Assembly (NCBI GenBank): GCA_963699155.1
Contig: OY969414.1
Span: 363,757 to 427,756 of the forward strand
Length of the DNA: 64,000 nucleotides
Direction: 5' to 3'
Origin: an uncultured Chlamydiales bacterium
Lineage (GTDB): Bacteria; Chlamydiota; Chlamydiia; Chlamydiales; JAAKFR01
Part shown: piece after piece, positions 28,723 through 38,892 of the stretch
Numbering within the stretch: position 1 is the stretch's first letter
How the letters are laid out: every line of letters begins with the position of its first letter
The notes under the pieces: model-generated
Database searches by the model: none
What the model saw: only the letters and a program-made list of their open reading frames with translations
What the model was told of the DNA's origin: nothing
Translations under genes and position numbers: made by a program

Positions 28723-30861
28723 ATGTTCAGATCTCTCTGTTTATTGCTCTTTTTGATGCCGGCGTTGCTCCTCGGGGAACAATCCTTGGAGGAGATGCTC
28801 TCGGCATTAGAGATTACGGCCTATTGGGATCGGAAGGTCTATGAAAGATTCCCTGTGACCTATAACCATCTGCTCTCTTGTGGCTACTTCACCACCCATT
28901 CGGCGCGCATGAGTGAAGAGGGTGAGATCGGTTTTGGTGTGGCCCATGTGCCGCCCTATCTCGTTTGGAATGGGCGGATCCAGCCCTTCTGCCATCTCGA
29001 ATTGAGCGCCAACTACCGAATCTTTCATGGCTTCAAGGATCCCGCATTAGGTCATCAGGGATTTGGTGACTTTGCCGACCGCGGGGCCAATTTCAAATGG
29101 GCATTGGTGACTCCTGAAGAGAGTGGCTACCGCTTCCCCGGAATCGCTTTTGGGATCGATGACTTCATGGGAACCAAGAGATTCCTCACCTATTATGTAG
29201 TAGGGACGCAGGTATTTCGTGATTATGGTGTCGAACTGAGCTTTGGTTGGGGTGCAGAAAGCTACACCCGAGGTCCGACTCGCGGTTTTTTTGGAGCGGT
29301 CAACTGGTTCCCCTTCTGGCCCTGCGACAATCGTTGGCTGCGGGGATTGGCCCTCACAGCTGAAATTGATCCAACAAACTATAAAAGAGATCCTCATCCT
29401 CATAGACCTCGCTCTAGGACGGTCTTCAATGGGGGGATCAAATATACCTATGGCAATCTGCTCGAGCTTTCCGCCAGTTATGTGCGTGGCGAGGTTTTTG
29501 CCGCAGCCGGTACGATCCATTACAATTGGGGGAAAACGCAAGGCTTGTTGGCGAAGGTCAAAGATCCGCTCCCTTATGCAGCTCCGATCGATCGTGAACC
29601 ATTAGGCTGCACGAGACCTTCTGAGTTGATGATCCAAGAGCTCTATTTTGCCTTCAAAGAACAGGGGTTTCAACTCACCGATGCGAGGCTACAACCTAGA
29701 GAGGATGGCAGATACAATCTCTGGCTGACTCTCTTCAACGCCTGCTACAGGCAAGAGCATGTGGCGCGGAAGCGGATCCAACAGATATTAGCGGCCCTTG
29801 CCCCTTCCAATATGGACGACATCATCGTGACGATAGAGTCTTACGCGCTGCCCTGTCAGAGTTACCTCTATCCCCGTGAGCTCCTTGTAAGTTACGCCTG
29901 TCAAGCCATCGGTCCCTTTGAATTTGATCTCTTGACGCCCAGGCGAGAGGCGCTCTTTGCCCCTCCCGATGCGCGGCCTATTTTTCATCGGTCGTGTGAT
30001 TTGTGGCGTTTTAAATTGAGCCCTCGCGTAGAAACTTTCTTAGGAAACGCAAAGGGCAAAGTGAAATATGATACCGGTCTCAAAGCAGCTGTCGATGGCT
30101 TTCTTCCCTTTGATTGGTATTATGATTTTCAAGTGAGTGTCACTGCATTTTCCTCAGCCAATCGAATCACCGATTTCGACTTCTTCCACCCCTCACAGCT
30201 GCCTAACGTGGCCACCGATTATATTCGCTACCGACAAAGTGGTCTCTTCACCTGGGATAAGCTCTATGCGCAAAAGAGTGACAACTGGGGGCCTGGTCTC
30301 TATAGTAGATTCGCTGCAGGCTATTTCCAAGTCAACTATGGCGGTATTGCAGCGGAAACACTCTGGTATCCCGCTCATGCCTGCTTTGCCATTGGTCTTG
30401 AAGGAGCTGTCGTTAAAAAACGGGAGTACAGCGGTTTGGGCTTTCAATCCAAGCTCCGCCATTTTGAAGGGCACCGGCCCGTTTATCGTCGTTATTCGAC
30501 TCTGCAACAAGCCTTCTTGAATCTCTATCTCGACTTTCCCAATCTCTGCTTTTTCACAAAACTGAGCTTGGGGCGCTTTCTCGCACGGGATAATGGGCTG
30601 CGGGTTGAAGCAACCCGCTACTTCAACAACGGGCTTCGCCTGACAGGTTGGATGACCTTCACCGATGCCTTCGATGTTATGCATGGCGAGAAATATTATG
30701 ATCGTGGCATCGCGATCGAAGTGCCCTTCGATTTCTTCTTTCAACGCAGCAGTCGGCGCGTCTGGAACTATGTCATGGCTGCTTGGCTGCGCGATGCTGG
30801 CTACACCACAACGACAGGGGTTTCGCTCTTTGAAACGATCAATCGAGAGCGCCGATGGTAA
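28723..30861 (+). CDS. YjbH-like outer-membrane protein
   Basis: Signal peptide; beta-barrel-like aromatic pattern; PGIAFGIDDFMGT, GRFLARD, RYFNNG..W, IEVPFD. Confidence 0.7.
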   Translation: MFRSLCLLLFLMPALLLGEQSLEEMLSALEITAYWDRKVYERFPVTYNHLLSCGYFTTHSARMSEEGEIGFGVAHVPPYLVWNGRIQPFCHLELSANYRIFHGFKDPALGHQGFGDFADRGANFKWALVTPEESGYRFPGIAFGIDDFMGTKRFLTYYVVGTQVFRDYGVELSFGWGAESYTRGPTRGFFGAVNWFPFWPCDNRWLRGLALTAEIDPTNYKRDPHPHRPRSRTVFNGGIKYTYGNLLELSASYVRGEVFAAAGTIHYNWGKTQGLLAKVKDPLPYAAPIDREPLGCTRPSELMIQELYFAFKEQGFQLTDARLQPREDGRYNLWLTLFNACYRQEHVARKRIQQILAALAPSNMDDIIVTIESYALPCQSYLYPRELLVSYACQAIGPFEFDLLTPRREALFAPPDARPIFHRSCDLWRFKLSPRVETFLGNAKGKVKYDTGLKAAVDGFLPFDWYYDFQVSVTAFSSANRITDFDFFHPSQLPNVATDYIRYRQSGLFTWDKLYAQKSDNWGPGLYSRFAAGYFQVNYGGIAAETLWYPAHACFAIGLEGAVVKKREYSGLGFQSKLRHFEGHRPVYRRYSTLQQAFLNLYLDFPNLCFFTKLSLGRFLARDNGLRVEATRYFNNGLRLTGWMTFTDAFDVMHGEKYYDRGIAIEVPFDFFFQRSSRRVWNYVMAAWLRDAGYTTTTGVSLFETINRERRW

Positions 30862-30896
30862 CGCTTAGTCGAGAGCGCGAAGGCAATCAACAACTC

Positions 30897-31907
30897 TCAC
30901 TCGAAAGCGCCGATGGTGATGAGCTCAGCCGCTTTGGGGGCCGCATAGGAAAAGATCATGTCGGCGCCGGCCCGCTTGATGCTCATCAAGCTTTCCAGAA
31001 GCACCTTATCGCCGTCGATCCACCCATTTGCTGCTGCTGCCAGAATCATCGCATATTCGCCTGAGACTTGATAGGCGGAGATGGGCAGATGGGTGCTCTC
31101 TTTCAGCTTGGCAATGATATCGAGATAGGGAAGAGCTGGCTTCACCATGAGAATATCGGCTCCCTCCTCGGCATCGAGCGCCCCTTCGCGGAGCGCTTCC
31201 CGCCAGTTGGCAGGATTCATCTGGTAAGTTTTTTTGTCTCCAAATTGGAGTTTGGAGCCCAGAGCATCGCGGAAAGGGCCGTAGAAGGCAGAAGCATATT
31301 TGGCTGTATAGGCATGGATGCTCACTTGCGAGTAGCCTGCTTGATCGAGAGCCTGGCGGATCGCTCCTACACGGCCATCCATCATGTCGCTTGGAGCGAC
31401 CATGTCGATCCCAGCCGCTGCTTGGATAAGGGACATCTGGACCAAGCTTTCCACCGTTTCATCATTCAAGATGTTACCAGAGGCATCGGCAATGCCATCA
31501 TGGCCATGAGAGGTATAAGGATCGAGCGCGACATCGGCAATCAGACAGATTTCGGGGAACTCCTCTTTGATTCTGCGGATGGCCTTCTGCAAAATCGCTT
31601 CGGGATTGACCGACTCTGTTCCTCTCACATCTTTCATTTCACGGGGGATTACGGGGAAGAGAGCGATCGCTGGAACGCCGAGCTCAGCGGCTCTTTCTAC
31701 CTCTTTCAAAATGCCATCGAGACTCAACCTGAAAATCCCCGGCAAACTTTTGATCGGATCCTGGATTCTCTCACCCTCAAGCAAGAATAGGGGATAGATC
31801 AAATCACTCGGATGGAGCCGTGTCTCTTGGACCATCGCACGCACCGCCGCTGTCTTGCGATTCCGGCGCGGCCGCTGTAAAAAATAACTTTCCGAAACTG
31901 TTAACAT
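30897..31907 (-). CDS. hemB: porphobilinogen synthase
   Basis: RPRRNR, DVALDPYTSHGHDG, APSDMMDGRV, MVKPAL, AYQVSGEYAM. Confidence 0.98.
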   Translation of the reverse strand: MLTVSESYFLQRPRRNRKTAAVRAMVQETRLHPSDLIYPLFLLEGERIQDPIKSLPGIFRLSLDGILKEVERAAELGVPAIALFPVIPREMKDVRGTESVNPEAILQKAIRRIKEEFPEICLIADVALDPYTSHGHDGIADASGNILNDETVESLVQMSLIQAAAGIDMVAPSDMMDGRVGAIRQALDQAGYSQVSIHAYTAKYASAFYGPFRDALGSKLQFGDKKTYQMNPANWREALREGALDAEEGADILMVKPALPYLDIIAKLKESTHLPISAYQVSGEYAMILAAAANGWIDGDKVLLESLMSIKRAGADMIFSYAAPKAAELITIGAFE

Positions 31908-31980
31908 CTTATCCGCAATCCAGTTTAATCTTTTTCTCTTGATCCTTCAAACAAAATTATGGCACTCTCGATGACGTTTT

Positions 31981-33606
31981 ATGCAAGACTACGAAGAATT
32001 CTCAGAAGCCCAGCTCCGTATTCTCGACCGTTATGTCACGAGCACCTCGAGCAACGTTTTCGTTTTGCGCAACCTTCCAGAGGTGATTAAAGGGGCTCTT
32101 TTTTCCCGCTATTCACGCTCGAGTCTCGGCCTCCGCTCTCTTCTCTTAAAGGAATTTATCCAGAGTGAAGAGACGGCCTTCAGCGCATTGGCCTGTCTGG
32201 GCGAAGATAATGCCGAGAATCAGCTTCTCGCCTTGCAAAAGGCACAGAATTTCTATGACCGCATTCTAGACGGCTACGGCGATGATTCAATCGGAGAGCT
32301 CGGTGGCGCCCACGTCGCCATTGAAAATGTCTCGATGCTTGCCGCCAAAATGATCGAAGATAGCCGGATCGGCGGCTCTCCTTTAGAAAAATCGACCCGT
32401 TACATCTACTTCGACCAGAAAGTGAATGGTCAATATCTCTATTATCGCGAGCCGATCTTGATGACCTCAGCTTTCAAAGAGAGCTACCTGAAAACGTGCG
32501 ACATGCTCTTTGAGACCTATTCCAAACTGATCCCTCCATTGACCGAGCTAATGGAGAGAAAGTTTCCCAAGGAATCCGAGAAGTCAAAAGGGGCTTACAC
32601 TGCCGCCTTAAGGGCAAAAGTTCTCGACTGCTTAAGAGGACTTCTCCCGGCGGGCACTCTCACCAACATGGGAGTCTTTGGCAATGGCCGATTTTGGGAA
32701 AGCCTCATCAACAAGATGGAGAGCCATAATTTAGCCGAATTGCAGGAGATTGGTGGTCAACTCTATGGCGAGCTGAATAAGGTCATTCCCTCTTTTGTCA
32801 GAAGAGCCGAGCCGCACCATCGCCATCACGAAGCTTTTGCCCTCTTTACAGAGTCGATGCGCGTACAGCTGAAAAATATTGCCGACCATCACAAATTGCC
32901 CCCTAGCGAATGCCAAATAGGGGCCAGGCTGATTGGCTTCGACCCCGATGCCCCCTTCAAAGTGGCAGCAGCCCTTCTCTACCCTTATGAAACAGCCAGC
33001 TTAGAAGAGCTGACTAGCTACTGCCAAAGGCTTCCTCAAGAGGAGCTCGCCAAAATCTTTGATACTGCCAGCTCCACGCGAGAAAATCGACGCCATAAAT
33101 CGCCTCGCGCCCTCGAGCATGCCACCTTCACCTTCGATATTCTGGCCGACTTTGGCATCTACCGCGATCTGCACCGCCATCGCATGCTCACCCAGCAGCG
33201 CCAGCTCCTCACCACCGATTATGGCTACTGGATTCCCGACGAAATCCTCGATACACCCCTCGAAAAAAGCTACCGCGAAGCACTAGAAGAGGCCCGAGAC
33301 GTGCACCAGCGCATCTACGCAGACCTTCCTGAAGAAGCTCAATACATCGTCCCTATGGCCTACAACATTCGCTGGTATTTCCACGTCAACCTCAGAGCCC
33401 TCCAATGGCTCTGTGAGCTACGCTCTCAAGCCGCCGGCCACCCCGGCTACCGCCATATCGCTCAACAGATGGCCTCCCAAGCCTCCAAAGCCATCCCCCT
33501 CTTAGAAACCTTCTTCAAATTTGTCGACTACGACGGCTACGACCTCGGCCGCCTCGACCAAGAGCAGCGCAAAGCCGACAAATCCAATCAACCCCGCTCG
33601 TTATAA
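31981..33606 (+). CDS. thyX: flavin-dependent thymidylate synthase (long tandem form)
   Basis: FSRYSRS, GYGDDSIGEL, EKSTRY, RDLHRHRM; 541 aa. Confidence 0.92.
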   Translation: MQDYEEFSEAQLRILDRYVTSTSSNVFVLRNLPEVIKGALFSRYSRSSLGLRSLLLKEFIQSEETAFSALACLGEDNAENQLLALQKAQNFYDRILDGYGDDSIGELGGAHVAIENVSMLAAKMIEDSRIGGSPLEKSTRYIYFDQKVNGQYLYYREPILMTSAFKESYLKTCDMLFETYSKLIPPLTELMERKFPKESEKSKGAYTAALRAKVLDCLRGLLPAGTLTNMGVFGNGRFWESLINKMESHNLAELQEIGGQLYGELNKVIPSFVRRAEPHHRHHEAFALFTESMRVQLKNIADHHKLPPSECQIGARLIGFDPDAPFKVAAALLYPYETASLEELTSYCQRLPQEELAKIFDTASSTRENRRHKSPRALEHATFTFDILADFGIYRDLHRHRMLTQQRQLLTTDYGYWIPDEILDTPLEKSYREALEEARDVHQRIYADLPEEAQYIVPMAYNIRWYFHVNLRALQWLCELRSQAAGHPGYRHIAQQMASQASKAIPLLETFFKFVDYDGYDLGRLDQEQRKADKSNQPRSL

Positions 33607-33693
33607 CGACAAAGAAGAACTCAACTTTTTATTTAAAAATAACAGTCACAAAGCTAGAGTGTTTTTTTTAAATTAATTTAAGAGGGTATTTCT

Positions 33694-34950
33694 ATGAAAT
33701 CTATGATGCGCTGTTGGACCTTTCTTCTATTCTTTATCTGCAGCCCTATTTTTGGAGTACAGTTTGCTTATGTGACAAATTTTGCCAGCAATACAGTTTC
33801 AGTCATCGATACAAGCAGTAATACTGATATTGCTACAATTACTGTAGGGACTAGTCCGAGTGCAGTTGCAATTACCCCGAATGGAGCCTTTGCTTATGTC
33901 ACCAATTCTGCAGTAAACACTATTTCAGTGATCAGCACACTTTCAAATTCTGTAGTCGCCACTATCCCACTTCTTCCCAGCGCTAATCCTCAGCCACCCC
34001 AAGCGATTGCGTTTACGCCCAACGGTCAATTTGCCTATGTCGCCAACTTTGGGGATAACAGTGTCTCTGTGATTAATACCAGCACAAAGATGATTCAAGG
34101 GAACCCTATTTCTGTTGGCACTCAGCCAGAGGCCATTGCAATAACACCCAATGGTCTCTTAGCTTATGTAACCAACAACGTAACTAATACTGTCTCGGTC
34201 ATTGATACAACTACGAATCTAGTCATAGCGTCTCCTTTGATTAGCGGCGCCGGTGCACCTATTGGTCTAGCGATCACTCCAAATGGTCAATTTGTCTATG
34301 TGGTTAATAATGCGGGTGAAAGTCTCACTGTAATTAGCACCACGACGAATATGATTACGGACACAATTAATCTTCCTGGAGGCACCATGCCTACTGGAAT
34401 TGCAATTACACCCAATGGCCAATTTGCTTTTGTGACTGATACTGGCTCTAATGCCGTCTCACAAATCAATCTCTCTAACAATAGTGTTGTGGGGAATCTG
34501 ATCCCTGTTGGCCTAGGTCCACTAGGGATAGCGATCACTCCTGATGGACGCTTTGCCTATGTTACAGATAATGGTGGCACCACTCTCTCTGTGATCGATA
34601 CGAGTTCGTTGCTAGTTGTAGCTACAATAGCAGATGGAAGTGGTCCTGCTGGAATTGCGATTTTTACATCGGTTCAAGCTCCTACAAGTGGGAGTTTCAC
34701 CCAAGCGGTAGAGAGCTTTCTCACCCAAGTCTGTTATGAGAACACTCTCACTTGGTTGCCTGGAATTGGCGCAGCTCCTGTCTCCTACATCATCTTTGCA
34801 GATGCTGCCTTGACGCAGGTGCTAGGTACAGTTCCAGCAACCGGTCCCCTTGTCTTTCAGGTCTGTTCTACGCATAAGCATACTACCTATTACATTGTGG
34901 CTGTCGCTGCCGATGGGACTCTCTCTGCACCGCTGGTCATTACGACGTAG
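33694..34950 (+). CDS. secreted YVTN beta-propeller repeat protein (YncE-like)
   Basis: Signal peptide; ~7 repeats of AITPNG.FAYVTN...NTVSVIDT. Confidence 0.9.
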   Translation: MKSMMRCWTFLLFFICSPIFGVQFAYVTNFASNTVSVIDTSSNTDIATITVGTSPSAVAITPNGAFAYVTNSAVNTISVISTLSNSVVATIPLLPSANPQPPQAIAFTPNGQFAYVANFGDNSVSVINTSTKMIQGNPISVGTQPEAIAITPNGLLAYVTNNVTNTVSVIDTTTNLVIASPLISGAGAPIGLAITPNGQFVYVVNNAGESLTVISTTTNMITDTINLPGGTMPTGIAITPNGQFAFVTDTGSNAVSQINLSNNSVVGNLIPVGLGPLGIAITPDGRFAYVTDNGGTTLSVIDTSSLLVVATIADGSGPAGIAIFTSVQAPTSGSFTQAVESFLTQVCYENTLTWLPGIGAAPVSYIIFADAALTQVLGTVPATGPLVFQVCSTHKHTTYYIVAVAADGTLSAPLVITT

Positions 34951-36376
34951 GGCTGAGCTGGGTCTCTTCCTCGCGGGTGAGGAGGGCAGTGGTCCAGATG
35001 AGGGCAAAGCTGCAGGCGAAGCCGACGATGATGGGGTCGATGGAGGTGGCGAGCTGGCTGTTGATCCAGGGCCAGAGGGCGGAGGAGAGGCTACCGGAGA
35101 GGATGGCTGCCCAAGCGATCTTTTTGTTGCGGCGCTTGGAGTAGAGGGAGTAGATGAGCAAGGGGCCGAAGGCGGCGCCAAGACCTGACCAGGCAAAGAG
35201 GACGAGAGAGTAGATGCTGCTGATCTTGAAGTAGGCGATCAGGAAAGCGATGAGTGAGACAAAGATCACACCTGCTCGGGAGATGAGGAGGAGCTCTTTG
35301 GATTGGGCCTGGGAGCGGAAAAGCTTTTTGTAGATATCTTCCGTTACCGATGAAGTGAGGACGAGGATCTGCGAGCACATGACATTGATGCTGGCAGCGA
35401 AGATGGCGCAGAGAATCAGCCCAATGAAGAAGGGTGAAAAGGAGCTCTGCACGAGATGGATGAAGATCATCTCGGGATTCCCGAGAGACCCCTGAAAGAA
35501 GGGAATTCCGATTAGGCCGACGAGAGTAGCTGCGAGGAGAGAGATGACCATCCAGCTCATACCGACATACTTCGATTTGTGGATGTGGCTGACATCTTTG
35601 ATCCCCATAAATTTGGTGATGATTGCAGGTTGGCCAAAGTAGCCAAGTCCCCAGCCGAGCATGACGAGAATGATGCTGAGGAAGCTTCCAGCGCTGAAAT
35701 CGGGCATGAGAGAGGTGGGGATGTGATAGGTGGCCGCTGCAGTGTGAATGCCGCTCCAGCCGCCGATGTGGGTCATCAGGTAGAGGGGGACGGCGACGAT
35801 GATCAACATGAGGAAAAACCCTTGGAAGAGGTCAAGCCAAGCAAGAGTGCGGTAGCCACCGATGAGGACATAGGGGAGGGCGATCAGAATGCTGATGGTG
35901 ATGGCTGTGTGGAAAGAGAGGTCAAAGAGACTTTCTACGAGAAGACCGAGCCCTACAAGACCTGCTGAGATATAGATGGTATAGAAGACAAAGCAGATGA
36001 CCGCGGTGAAGATGCGCAAGAGACCGGAGCGGTCGTCGAAGCGATGTTCGAGATAGGAAAAGAAGGTGAGGCTATTGAACTTTTCGGTCGCTACCCGGAT
36101 TTTGGGGGCAATAAATTGCCAGTTCAAATACATGCAGAGGATCAATCCCACCGCGATCCAGATCTTACCTAATCCAAAGACAAAGATCGCCGCAGGATAG
36201 GCCATGAAGAGCCAGCTGCTCATGTCGCTGGCGTGGGCGGCTAGGGCTGTCACCCAATAATTTAAAGAGCGGTTGCCCATGATAAAATCGGCGGAGTTTT
36301 GATTTTTGGAATAGGAAAATATTCCAATCATCAAGACGGCAATAAAGTAGAGAATGATGGCGCCGAGTTCCTGCAT
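34940..36376 (-). CDS. putP: sodium/proline symporter
   Basis: ALAAHASDMSSW, GWGLGYFGQP, AWSGLGAAFGP. Confidence 0.92.
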   Translation of the reverse strand: MQELGAIILYFIAVLMIGIFSYSKNQNSADFIMGNRSLNYWVTALAAHASDMSSWLFMAYPAAIFVFGLGKIWIAVGLILCMYLNWQFIAPKIRVATEKFNSLTFFSYLEHRFDDRSGLLRIFTAVICFVFYTIYISAGLVGLGLLVESLFDLSFHTAITISILIALPYVLIGGYRTLAWLDLFQGFFLMLIIVAVPLYLMTHIGGWSGIHTAAATYHIPTSLMPDFSAGSFLSIILVMLGWGLGYFGQPAIITKFMGIKDVSHIHKSKYVGMSWMVISLLAATLVGLIGIPFFQGSLGNPEMIFIHLVQSSFSPFFIGLILCAIFAASINVMCSQILVLTSSVTEDIYKKLFRSQAQSKELLLISRAGVIFVSLIAFLIAYFKISSIYSLVLFAWSGLGAAFGPLLIYSLYSKRRNKKIAWAAILSGSLSSALWPWINSQLATSIDPIIVGFACSFALIWTTALLTREEETQLSPTS

Positions 36377-36378
36377 GG

Positions 36379-38892
36379 CTACCCTAAATTCTGGCCAAGG
36401 ATGGAGGCCAGCTTAAACATGTTGATGGGTTGGGAGGAGCCAAAAACTTTTGCGAGCGCGTCATCAGGAACTATTTGTCTTTTGTCATTGGGATCTTGGA
36501 GATTGTTGGCTTTGATATAATCCCAGATTTTTTTCGTCGCTTCACCCCGGCTGACCGCATCCTCGCCGATCACAGCGGCTAAGGCAGGAGAGGGCTTCAG
36601 CTTGCCACGAACTTTTCCACCCCCCTTCCCTTTTTTTCCACCCCCCTTGACTGCTTTTTTCTGATAGGCAGTTTTGGGATGGTTGACATACTTTTCTTCC
36701 AATTGGTCGAGGTCATTGACGATGACGTCGCAGTCGGGGAAGTTGGTGCAGGAGTAGAAGGTTTTGCCATAACGCGATTTGCGGGCGATGATCTTGCCAT
36801 TACAGCCGATTGCAGGGCAGTTGGGAGCGTTCTCCGTGGAAATCGCCACCTCTCCCTTTTTTGGAATGTTGACGATCCCTTTGCAATTAGGATAGTTTGT
36901 ACAGCCTAAGAAGGGGCCAAAACGGCCATGGCGGCGTTTCATCGGGCTGCCGCAGACCGGACAGAGCTGATCCCAGTTGAAATCATCTGCATAGAGACTC
37001 TTATCGAAGTTGAGCTCTTCGTTCGAGGCGGTGAAATCGCAGTCAGGATAGAGTGAGCAGCCATAAAAGTAGCGCGACTTGGACCAAATTTTTTGCAATT
37101 TCCCTTGGTGACACTTGGGACAGTCGATCTCAGTCATCACTTTGGGAACAAAGGCCTCTTTTTCGGCCACATCCACAGTCGGGATAAATTGCCCCCAGAA
37201 ATCTTTGATGACCTCTTTCCACTCTTTTTTATTGTCCGCGACCAGCTCTAAGGTATCTTCCATCTCGGCAGTGAAGCCGACATTCATGATCTGCTTGAAA
37301 TTATCCTCGAGAAATTGGGCGATGACGCAGCCAAGCTCGGTGGGTTTGAGCCTCTGATTCTCTTTGACGGTGTAATCACGGCTCTGAATTTTGTTCATGA
37401 TAGAGGCGTAGGTCGATGGTCGGCCGATTCCCGATTTCTCCAGCTCTTTGACGAGAGAGGCTTCCGTAAAGCGTGGTGGAGGCTTTGTGAAGGACTGTTC
37501 AGAGGTCACCTGAATCAGATGGAGCGGCATGCCCGCTACGAGAGGAGGAAGAGAGATCTCTTCAGCCTCTTTTTCTTCATCTTCCTTCTCTTCATATAAG
37601 GCGAGAAAGCCCTTAAACTTCATTGTCGAGCCGGTGGCCCGCAAGCTAATATTTTGATCGGTCTCGATGTCTGCTGAAATAGTGTCATAGACAGCAGGGT
37701 TCATTTGCGAAGCGATAAATCGTTTCCAGATGAGATCATAGAGGACATGCTGTTCCCGCGTGAGATACTTTTTCATCTTCTCAGGAGTATGACGCAGGTT
37801 GGTGGGACGGATGGCTTCGTGTGCATCTTGCGCCGATTTTTTGGTCGCATACGTGCGTGGAGCGTCGGGGAGGTGCTCCTTGCCGAAGTTCTCTTTGATG
37901 TAGCTACGTGCCTCTTGGAGAGCCTCAGGAGCCAAACGAACCGAGTCGGTACGCATGTAGGTGATGAGACCTTCTGCGCCCTCACTATCGAGGTCCACCC
38001 CTTCGTAGAGTGTTTGAGCGACGCTCATCGTTTTCGAAGAGGAGAAGCGGTAGTGGCGGCTTGCCTCTTGTTGGAGTGTCGAGGTGATGAAGGGGGGTTC
38101 TGGATTGCGCTTCTTCTCCTTCTTTTCGACTTTGGCGACCTGATATTGGGCTTTCTCCAATCGCTCGACGACAGTCGCGGCGCTCTTTTGATCAGGGATC
38201 AGATAGAGCTCTTTCCCCTCCTGCTTCTCTTTATCCCACTTCAGCCCATCGACAGAGAAGAGGCGCGAAGGGAATTTTCTCGAAGGTTCGCCATCTTGGA
38301 GAATAGCGCCGATATTCCAGTATTCGACAGGCCTGAAGGCTTCGATCTCTTTTTCGCGGTCCACCACCAGTTTGAGTGCAACCGATTGAACGCGTCCTGC
38401 AGAGACTCCATTCCTTCTCTGGATTCTGCGCGCTAAGATCGGAGAAATTTTATAGCCCACGATGCGGTCAAGAAGGCGTCTCGCCTGTTGTGCGTTGACA
38501 AGAGCCATGTTGATCTCTTCAGGGTGGGCGAGCGCTTCCAAAACCGCATCTTTCGTGATCGCATTGAAAGCGGTCCTTTTGATCTTTGTTTTGGGAGGCA
38601 GAAGAGAGGCAATATGCCATGCAATGGCCTCCCCTTCTCGGTCGGGATCGGGAGAGAGGTAGACCATTTCGCACTCTTTGGCAGCCGCGCGCAGTTTGGC
38701 AATGACCTCTTTTTTGTCTGGGAGAACTTCGTATTGAGGCTCGAAATCGTGTTCCACATCGATCCCAAAGCCTTTTTCTGGCAGATCGCGGACATGGCCT
38801 AGCGAAGAGGCATAGAGATAGCCCTCACCTAAAAACTTTTTAAGTGTTTTGATCTTCGCAGGGGATTCAACGATGATGAGAGCTTTTTTCAT
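36379..38892 (-). CDS. topA: DNA topoisomerase I with zinc ribbons and C-terminal SWIB domain
   Basis: IVESPAK, DPDREGE, SAGRVQS, ITYMRTDS; C-terminal IWDYIKANNLQDP (SWIB). Confidence 0.98.
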   Translation of the reverse strand: MKKALIIVESPAKIKTLKKFLGEGYLYASSLGHVRDLPEKGFGIDVEHDFEPQYEVLPDKKEVIAKLRAAAKECEMVYLSPDPDREGEAIAWHIASLLPPKTKIKRTAFNAITKDAVLEALAHPEEINMALVNAQQARRLLDRIVGYKISPILARRIQRRNGVSAGRVQSVALKLVVDREKEIEAFRPVEYWNIGAILQDGEPSRKFPSRLFSVDGLKWDKEKQEGKELYLIPDQKSAATVVERLEKAQYQVAKVEKKEKKRNPEPPFITSTLQQEASRHYRFSSSKTMSVAQTLYEGVDLDSEGAEGLITYMRTDSVRLAPEALQEARSYIKENFGKEHLPDAPRTYATKKSAQDAHEAIRPTNLRHTPEKMKKYLTREQHVLYDLIWKRFIASQMNPAVYDTISADIETDQNISLRATGSTMKFKGFLALYEEKEDEEKEAEEISLPPLVAGMPLHLIQVTSEQSFTKPPPRFTEASLVKELEKSGIGRPSTYASIMNKIQSRDYTVKENQRLKPTELGCVIAQFLEDNFKQIMNVGFTAEMEDTLELVADNKKEWKEVIKDFWGQFIPTVDVAEKEAFVPKVMTEIDCPKCHQGKLQKIWSKSRYFYGCSLYPDCDFTASNEELNFDKSLYADDFNWDQLCPVCGSPMKRRHGRFGPFLGCTNYPNCKGIVNIPKKGEVAISTENAPNCPAIGCNGKIIARKSRYGKTFYSCTNFPDCDVIVNDLDQLEEKYVNHPKTAYQKKAVKGGGKKGKGGGKVRGKLKPSPALAAVIGEDAVSRGEATKKIWDYIKANNLQDPNDKRQIVPDDALAKVFGSSQPINMFKLASILGQNLG

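Noticed and set aside
34822..35378. Pro/Ser-rich and Gly/Glu-rich alternative ORFs over putP
   Set aside because: By-products of the local G/C skew
36379..36620. SWIB domain fused to TopA as a novelty
   Set aside because: Known chlamydial feature
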